Shown: piece by piece, positions 25,702 to 31,450 of the stretch | How the letters are laid out: each line of letters opens with the position of its first letter | Numbering within the stretch: position 1 is the stretch's first letter | Assembly: GCA_965602895.1 (NCBI GenBank) | Contig: CBFDAY010000001.1 | Span: forward strand, 1-31,450 | DNA length: 31,450 bases | Direction: 5' to 3' | From: an uncultured bacterium | Lineage (GTDB): Bacteria; Abyssobacteria; SURF-5 | Translations under genes and position numbers: made by a program | Notes under the pieces: generated by a model | Database searches by the model: none | Seen by the model: only the letters and a program-made list of their open reading frames with translations | What the model was told of the DNA's origin: nothing

Positions 25702-26610
25702 TTGGAAAACCATGAGGCGACAGTCTTTGACATTCAGCGATACTCCGTCCACGATGGGCCCGGCATCCGCACGCTGGTGTTTTTTAAGGGGTGCCCACTC
25801 AAGTGCCGGTGGTGCCAGAACCCCGAATCCATGGACAGGCGGCAGGAGATTGCTTTTTTCGCCAATAAATGCATCGGATGCGGTGAGTGCGCAAACGTCT
25901 GTCCGCAAGGCGCCATCGTTTTTGAGGATGGCAGACGCATAAACCGGGAGCTTTGCGACCGCTGCGGCGAGTGCGCCAAGGTGTGCTACGCCGAAGCGCT
26001 GACGACCATAGGGAAGCAATACGATGTCCGCTCGCTGCTCGATATCGTCGAGCGTGACCGCCCGTTCTACGAACAGTCCGGCGGGGGGGTGACGGTGTCG
26101 GGAGGTGAACCGACGGTGCAGTATGAGTTTTTGCTCGAATTTCTCCGCGCCGCAAAGGAGGCCGGCCTCAACACCGTGATCGAGACTTGCGGCGCTTTTG
26201 CCTGGGACAAGTTCGAAAAGCTGCTGCCGTATCTTGATATAGTTTATTTTGACCTCAAGGTAGCCGATGAGGAGGAACACAGGCGCTTGACCGGCGTCGG
26301 CAACGAGCGGATACTCGCCAATGCGCGGAAACTCGCGCGCTCCGGCAAGGAAGTTGTGTTTAGAATTCCGCTCGTGCCCATGATGACGACCACGGAGCGG
26401 AATATGTCCGATCTTATCGAGCTGCTGCATGAACTGGAGCAGGAAGAGGTTCATCTGCTCCCTTATCACAAGATGGGCGAATCGAAGCTCGGGCGGATAG
26501 ATTCTCCGCTGGATGTTCTCGGCCTGGAACCGCTTTCGGACGAAGAGGTCGAAGAGATAAGGGGGCGGTTCGAGGCGGCCGGGCTGAAAATTTCAATCGG
26601 CGGAGGCTGA
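25702..26610 (+). CDS. Glycyl-radical enzyme activating enzyme (radical SAM with ferredoxin-like insertion)
   Basis: FDIQRYSVHDGPGIRTLVFFKGCPLKCRWCQNPES, CIGCGECANVCP, CDRCGECAKVC, GGVTVSGGEP, HLLPYH; TTG 25702 (SD GGGAGA) preferred to ATG 25672, which lies within the -10 box. Confidence 0.93.
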   Translation: MENHEATVFDIQRYSVHDGPGIRTLVFFKGCPLKCRWCQNPESMDRRQEIAFFANKCIGCGECANVCPQGAIVFEDGRRINRELCDRCGECAKVCYAEALTTIGKQYDVRSLLDIVERDRPFYEQSGGGVTVSGGEPTVQYEFLLEFLRAAKEAGLNTVIETCGAFAWDKFEKLLPYLDIVYFDLKVADEEEHRRLTGVGNERILANARKLARSGKEVVFRIPLVPMMTTTERNMSDLIELLHELEQEEVHLLPYHKMGESKLGRIDSPLDVLGLEPLSDEEVEEIRGRFEAAGLKISIGGG

Positions 26611-26802
26611 AGCGACGCCGTCTGCCTGGATGCGTTTGCCGGGATATTGCCGTTTTTTGATGGCGCCTTTTCTTTCAACTGTCCTGCGGAATGTTCGCCG
26701 CAGACGCGTCGGCTGCGACGGCGTATTTCGTCTGCTGCGGGCTCTTTAGGGACTTTTTCTTTTTGGCGGTTCGCTTCCTTTTTGCCGAGGAGTCAGCCAC
26801 TT

Positions 26803-29124
26803 TTGAAGGATTCTCTCTCGAGACAAGATCTATATTCCATTCTCGCCGTCGCCCTGATGTCGGTTCTGTTTTTTCACCGACTCCTGCTTGTCACACCCGA
26901 CCGAATTCTGGCGGCGTTCGACATGGGACATATGCAATACTTTTGGGCCTATTTCAAGAAAGAGTGCTTCTTGGATGGGATATTGCCCCTTTGGTCCCCG
27001 TACATATTTGGAGGGCATCCTCATGCCGCATTGCCCGACGCGGCGGTGTTTTATCCTCCCGACGTTCTGTATCTGGCCCTGCCGTTGGGTCCGGCGATGA
27101 ACGTGAGCTTAGTGATGCACCAGCTTGCGGCCGGGATCTTTACATATCTTTATTGTCGCGAGATAAAGCTGCAATCGACCGCATCGCTCCTTGGCGCGAT
27201 TGTTTTTATGCTTCATGGTTTCTTTGCGAACCAGCTCATGTTGGGCCACATCGATATCGTTCGCACAGCCTGCTATCTTCCCGCCGTCCTGTTTTTTGTC
27301 GAAAGGGGATTGGCCCGAAAGAGCCTGAGGAGCTATCTCTGCGGCAGTGTTGCGCTCGCCCTCCAGATATTATGTGGGCACCCCCAGATGTATTTCTACA
27401 CGGTCTTGTTCATAGGCCTGTATGTCGGCCTTCGAATGATGTTGTTCGGGGATCTCAAGGATGAGGGCTGGAGATTTTTCTCCCCGCTCCTTGTGGTCCT
27501 GTCCGTTGTCGTTCTCGCCGTTTGTCTGTCGATATTTCAACTCCTCCTCACCTTCGAGTTTTCACAGCTCAGCGACCGGGCGTCGCGCTCGACGGATTTT
27601 GCGTTCCTTGGCTCCGCCCACCCGGTATTCTTTCCGCAACTGTTCTTTCCCAACCTCACAATCGATCATAATCCGCCGAAGTATGAAAGCGGCGGTTACG
27701 CGGGAATTCTTCCGCTGGCGGCCGCGGTTTTCGCGCTGATAGGGTGTCGAAGAAAAAACAGGCATGTTGTATTGATGGGCATCGCGGCTCTGCTGAGCCT
27801 GCTGCTGATGTTTGGAGGTCGGGCTCCGCTGCTGCATTTCATATATTATCTTGTGCCGGGAATGAACTTCTTTCGCATTCACATGCGAATCGTATTGGTG
27901 TTCGGCTTCTGCGTGTCGGTCCTATCCGCCATCGGGATACAAGAGTTGTTTTCGGGCGCGTCCCGGCGGGAAAGTCCCAAGGCGTATTGGGCTGCGCTGG
28001 GAATTGTCGTCGGAGCGATTATCGTTTTAATCTCGATGTCGGCCTTCTGGCGCGATCACCTGAGTAGATCCGATTTCATGGGCTGGAACACGCTGCAAGC
28101 CGTCGAGGAGGCCGTTCGATGGAGCGACACACCTGTCCTGCTGCCGCTCCTTATGCTCGCAGTCGCCGGGACGGGGCTATATTTCATGGGGCGCGTCAGG
28201 ATGTCCGGGAAAATGCAGATCATTATCGTTGGCGTGGTCTGGCTGGACCTCTTTACCGCTTCAAGCGGCAAGATCGATACCATACCCGTGGAGAGGTTGA
28301 CCCCTCAAAGGGAGTTTTTGCAGGAAGTCGGCGCCGCGGAGGCTCCTTTCAGGGTTTGGTTTCCCACGGAGCCCTACCCGTCGAACCGGGCAATCGCGGA
28401 TCATATTGAAAACATGAACGGCTACGCGCCCTTGATGCTTGCCCGCTATATGAATTTCCTTGCGGCCGCGACCGATATAAGCCCGGCATGGGAAATCAAG
28501 GCCATGAACCATCTCAGGCTTGAAATGTTCGATACCCTGCCTGTGGCTGTGGCCCGCGTATTTAATGTGCGGTTCAGGCTTGTGCCGGACATGGCGGCGC
28601 AAAGGTACAGGGCGCTGGAGAACAAACAGTGGACACCGCGAGCGTATCTTGTCTCGAATTATCAACTTGCCGAAAGCGAAGCCGATAGCCTGGAAATAGT
28701 GTCCCGGGAGGACTTTGACCCTCTCGAAAGCGTGATTCTTGAAGAGGCGCCGGCTTTTGCCTCCGTCGCGTCGGAGCAAAGCCCACTGGTCCCGCGCGTT
28801 TGGACATCAATAAACGAGGTGAAGGTTGTCTACAATGCAGAAAGTCCGGCCATGCTGGTGTTGAGCGAGCAATACTATCCGGGCTGGAAAGCGACTGTGG
28901 ACGATAAACCGGCAAAGATATACAGGGCGAATTATCTGTTGCGAGCGGTAGAGGCGCCGGCCGGAACGCATACCGTCCGCTTCGTTTACCGGCCCGCGGC
29001 CCTGACGTTCGGGCTGCCGGTTTCGGCGCTCGCCCTGTTGGGAGTGCTGATTGCCATGATCCGGCCCGGACGTCGAAGGAATGCGGCCGCCAGAGCGGGC
29101 AGCGCGGCTCTTCCGGTCGAGTGA
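26803..29124 (+). CDS. YfhO-family polytopic membrane protein (probable GT-C glycosyltransferase)
   Basis: PLWSPYIFGGHP...AVFYP, multiple TM helices, LQILCGHPQ, C-terminal LVLSEQYYPGWKATVD...RANYLLRAV..PAGTHTVRFVYRP; TTG 26803 with SD GAGGAG (track start 26647). Confidence 0.8.
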   Translation: MKDSLSRQDLYSILAVALMSVLFFHRLLLVTPDRILAAFDMGHMQYFWAYFKKECFLDGILPLWSPYIFGGHPHAALPDAAVFYPPDVLYLALPLGPAMNVSLVMHQLAAGIFTYLYCREIKLQSTASLLGAIVFMLHGFFANQLMLGHIDIVRTACYLPAVLFFVERGLARKSLRSYLCGSVALALQILCGHPQMYFYTVLFIGLYVGLRMMLFGDLKDEGWRFFSPLLVVLSVVVLAVCLSIFQLLLTFEFSQLSDRASRSTDFAFLGSAHPVFFPQLFFPNLTIDHNPPKYESGGYAGILPLAAAVFALIGCRRKNRHVVLMGIAALLSLLLMFGGRAPLLHFIYYLVPGMNFFRIHMRIVLVFGFCVSVLSAIGIQELFSGASRRESPKAYWAALGIVVGAIIVLISMSAFWRDHLSRSDFMGWNTLQAVEEAVRWSDTPVLLPLLMLAVAGTGLYFMGRVRMSGKMQIIIVGVVWLDLFTASSGKIDTIPVERLTPQREFLQEVGAAEAPFRVWFPTEPYPSNRAIADHIENMNGYAPLMLARYMNFLAAATDISPAWEIKAMNHLRLEMFDTLPVAVARVFNVRFRLVPDMAAQRYRALENKQWTPRAYLVSNYQLAESEADSLEIVSREDFDPLESVILEEAPAFASVASEQSPLVPRVWTSINEVKVVYNAESPAMLVLSEQYYPGWKATVDDKPAKIYRANYLLRAVEAPAGTHTVRFVYRPAALTFGLPVSALALLGVLIAMIRPGRRRNAAARAGSAALPVE

Positions 29125-29258
29125 TGCCCTGCAAGGGGCGAGGGGACCAAAGGCGAGCGGGTCGTCCTCGTTCTTTCAAAGCTATCATTTGTTGCGAGCC
29201 AATGCGGATTACTGCGCTTTTATCCTGAAACAGGGTCGCCTTTTCAATCTGAAAGACA

Positions 29259-31442
29259 TTGACCGAAGACCTCTCGACAAACAAAAGGCCCGGAAAGATA
29301 TCGGGCTTGGTAAAATACGGGCGATTGGCCGCCTTGCTTGCGCTCGTGCTTCTGGGGCTATCCCTGTTTGCCCACACTATAATCGACACCGACATATGGT
29401 GGCACCTGCGAACGGGGCAGTATATCCTCGATACGGGCTCCATCCCCGGCTATGACATGTACTCGTACACCGCCGGGGGGAACAGATGGATCGACACGCA
29501 CTGGTTGTTTCAGGTCATTCTTTTTGGAACATACAGCGCGCTTGGAGCATACGGGCTTTCGCTTCTGTTCATTCTGGTTTTTTGCTCCGTCTTTGCGATA
29601 CTCTGGATCGCCTGCGGAAAGGAGAAGAACCGTTTCGCCGCCCTCCTCCTTTTCTGGCTCGGGCTCATGGCGGGCAGCTCGCGCTTTCTCGCGCGTCCGG
29701 AGGCGTTCACGTATCTGATGCTCTCTGTCTACACGCTTGTGCTTTTCGGCTTCGAGCGCGGTCGGTTCGGCCGAGGGGCGGTCTTCGCGCTGATTCCCCT
29801 GCAGGCGCTGTGGGTCAACCTGCAGGGGCTGTTCATACTCGGCCCGTTCCTGATTGGGGCTTATGCGGCCCAGCCCGTCACGACCGCGATGAGCCGGCGC
29901 GTTTTCAAGCGCGAGTCCAGTCCGAATGAGCTTCGCAAAGCCATCACGCTGGTGGTCTTGCTTGCAGGCTCCGTGGGCGCCTGTCTGCTTAATCCATATG
30001 GCCTGGAGGGACTGCTGTTCCCGTTCACGCTGTTCACGAGGGTGGGCGGAATGGAAAACATTTTTGCGAGTTCGATTGCCGAATTCCAGGCGCCGTTTTC
30101 CGGCTATAATCTTACACTTCCGCTCAAGTATTTCGCCGTTTTCTTTGCCCTTTGCGCCGGCGTGCTCGCGCTCGACTTCAGGAACCTGAAGCTGAGCCAC
30201 GTGCTTGTCTTTGCGGGTACCGGATATCTTGCGCTCAATGCCAGGCGAAACGTGGCCATCTTTGTGCTGGCCATGCTGCCGATCGCGGTAGAGCATGCGG
30301 GCGGTCTGATAGCTCGGTTGCGCGAGGCGCGCGGAGGAAAATATGCCGTCGCTCTGGACCGGGCGGGCATCGCTTGCGGCGCCGTCATAGTCGCGGTGGT
30401 GGTTTTGCAGATTTTCAGCATTGTGGGAGGCCGCCACTACATCGCCGACAAGCGGGCCGAAAGATTCGGATTCGGGTTCAAGGAGCAAACCTTCCCACAC
30501 GGCGCATTTGTTTTCATCAAGGAAAATGGCATTAGCGGGCCGTTTTTCAACAACATGGATATCGGCGGCATGTTCTTGTGGGAGATGTATCCGGAGGAGA
30601 AAGTGTTCATAGACGCCAGGCTCGAGGTGAACTCGGCCGAGATCTTCTCCGAATACCGCCGAGCGATGTCCGACGCCGGCGCGTTTATCCGACTATCGGA
30701 CAAGTATGAGTTCAACGCCGCCGTCGTCTCTCACACCTCACAGGACGGGCTTTACCTGATGCCGGTTCTGAGCCTGCTGCCCGAATGGACGCTCGTGTAC
30801 TTCGACCCGATTGCGGCGGTCTTCGTTAGAGACGTGGGGGCGAATGCGGCGCTGGTCGGCAGACACGGCATCGACATTGCCCGCGATCCCATCGAGCCCC
30901 TTGCGCCGCACGATACATTGAACCGCGGCGGTCCGCCGCCGCTGGGAAGGATGCTCGAAAAGGTGTCGGCCGCGAGCGATGCGGAGGCCCAGAATCGTTT
31001 CAACCTGGGCCTTGCTCTCTTCGTCATGGGCCGCCCCGATCGCGCCATCGAGCAGCTTGAGGCGGGGCTTGACCTCATGCCGTCCTCACCACAGGGACAC
31101 TACAATCTCGGGCTTGCGCATGAGCGAATGGGACGAATGGGAAATGCCGCCGCGCACTACGAGAGCGCCATCAGGCTGGATCCTCGATATGCGGGGGCGC
31201 ACACCAACCTCGGAAGAATCTACGATGCGCAGGGGCTGAAGGAAAAGGCCGAGGCGGAATACAAAAGGGCGATCAGGTGGGGAGGGAACGATCCCGTTCC
31301 GCTCTACAATCTTGGGGCTCTTTATTACGAGCGCGGCGATCGCGAGGCGGCACGGAAACACTGGCTCCGGGCGCTCAAGGCCAATCCCTCATTTGCTCCG
31401 GCGAAAGATGCGCTGAGAAGCCTGGATCGACCGGCGCCTTGA
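29259..31442 (+). CDS. Polytopic membrane protein, probable GT-C fold, with about 4 C-terminal TPRs
   Basis: DTDIWWHLRTG..I...GSIP..D.YS, ARPEAF, LWVNLQG, soluble domain PFFNNMDIGG...VFIDAR; TPRs such as GHYNLGLAHERMGRMGNAAAHYESAIRLDP; start codon uncertain. Confidence 0.72.
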   Translation: MTEDLSTNKRPGKISGLVKYGRLAALLALVLLGLSLFAHTIIDTDIWWHLRTGQYILDTGSIPGYDMYSYTAGGNRWIDTHWLFQVILFGTYSALGAYGLSLLFILVFCSVFAILWIACGKEKNRFAALLLFWLGLMAGSSRFLARPEAFTYLMLSVYTLVLFGFERGRFGRGAVFALIPLQALWVNLQGLFILGPFLIGAYAAQPVTTAMSRRVFKRESSPNELRKAITLVVLLAGSVGACLLNPYGLEGLLFPFTLFTRVGGMENIFASSIAEFQAPFSGYNLTLPLKYFAVFFALCAGVLALDFRNLKLSHVLVFAGTGYLALNARRNVAIFVLAMLPIAVEHAGGLIARLREARGGKYAVALDRAGIACGAVIVAVVVLQIFSIVGGRHYIADKRAERFGFGFKEQTFPHGAFVFIKENGISGPFFNNMDIGGMFLWEMYPEEKVFIDARLEVNSAEIFSEYRRAMSDAGAFIRLSDKYEFNAAVVSHTSQDGLYLMPVLSLLPEWTLVYFDPIAAVFVRDVGANAALVGRHGIDIARDPIEPLAPHDTLNRGGPPPLGRMLEKVSAASDAEAQNRFNLGLALFVMGRPDRAIEQLEAGLDLMPSSPQGHYNLGLAHERMGRMGNAAAHYESAIRLDPRYAGAHTNLGRIYDAQGLKEKAEAEYKRAIRWGGNDPVPLYNLGALYYERGDREAARKHWLRALKANPSFAPAKDALRSLDRPAP

Positions 31443-31450
31443 GAATCGGC

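Noticed and set aside
26647-26802. 52-aa N-terminal extension of the YfhO-like ORF and GC hairpins in this spacer as a riboswitch or leader peptide
   Set aside because: A better SD plus TTG lies at 26787-26805, and the hairpins match no riboswitch consensus I recognise
1-31450. tRNA/rRNA genes, CRISPR arrays, IS elements, prophage or defence genes
   Set aside because: Intergenic gaps are short (about 210 nt at most) and show no cloverleaf, spaced repeats, terminal inverted repeats or transposase/integrase ORFs

Overview
GC-rich bacterial chromosomal window with three blocks; I cannot assign taxonomy from the sequence alone. (1) 1-12.7 kb: the S10/spc/alpha ribosomal superoperon from the 3' end of rplB to rplQ, including secY-adk-map-infA-rpmJ. 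It lacks rpmD (L30) and ends in an intrinsic terminator. (2) 12.9-24.7 kb: a Nudix hydrolase, then an atypical complex I operon in the order nuoB-C-D-E-A-F-G-H-I-J-K-N. nuoA is moved to the middle and nuoL and nuoM are absent (nuoK is followed by nuoN after 45 nt). NuoJ carries two extra predicted N-terminal TM helices, nuoG is short and interrupted by one in-frame TAA, and a Zn-ribbon/TPR gene overlaps the nuoN stop codon. (3) 24.8-31.4 kb: tsaB (minus strand), a divergently transcribed glycyl-radical-enzyme activase with no glycyl radical enzyme in the window, a YfhO-family membrane protein and a probable GT-C membrane protein with C-terminal TPRs. The best candidate for an undescribed system is a reduced complex I with a single antiporter-like subunit; this depends on nuoL/nuoM not being encoded elsewhere in the genome. 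Some point anomalies (nuoG TAA, a cluster of substitutions in nuoN) may be consensus or sequencing errors. No tRNA, rRNA, CRISPR array or mobile element was recognised.
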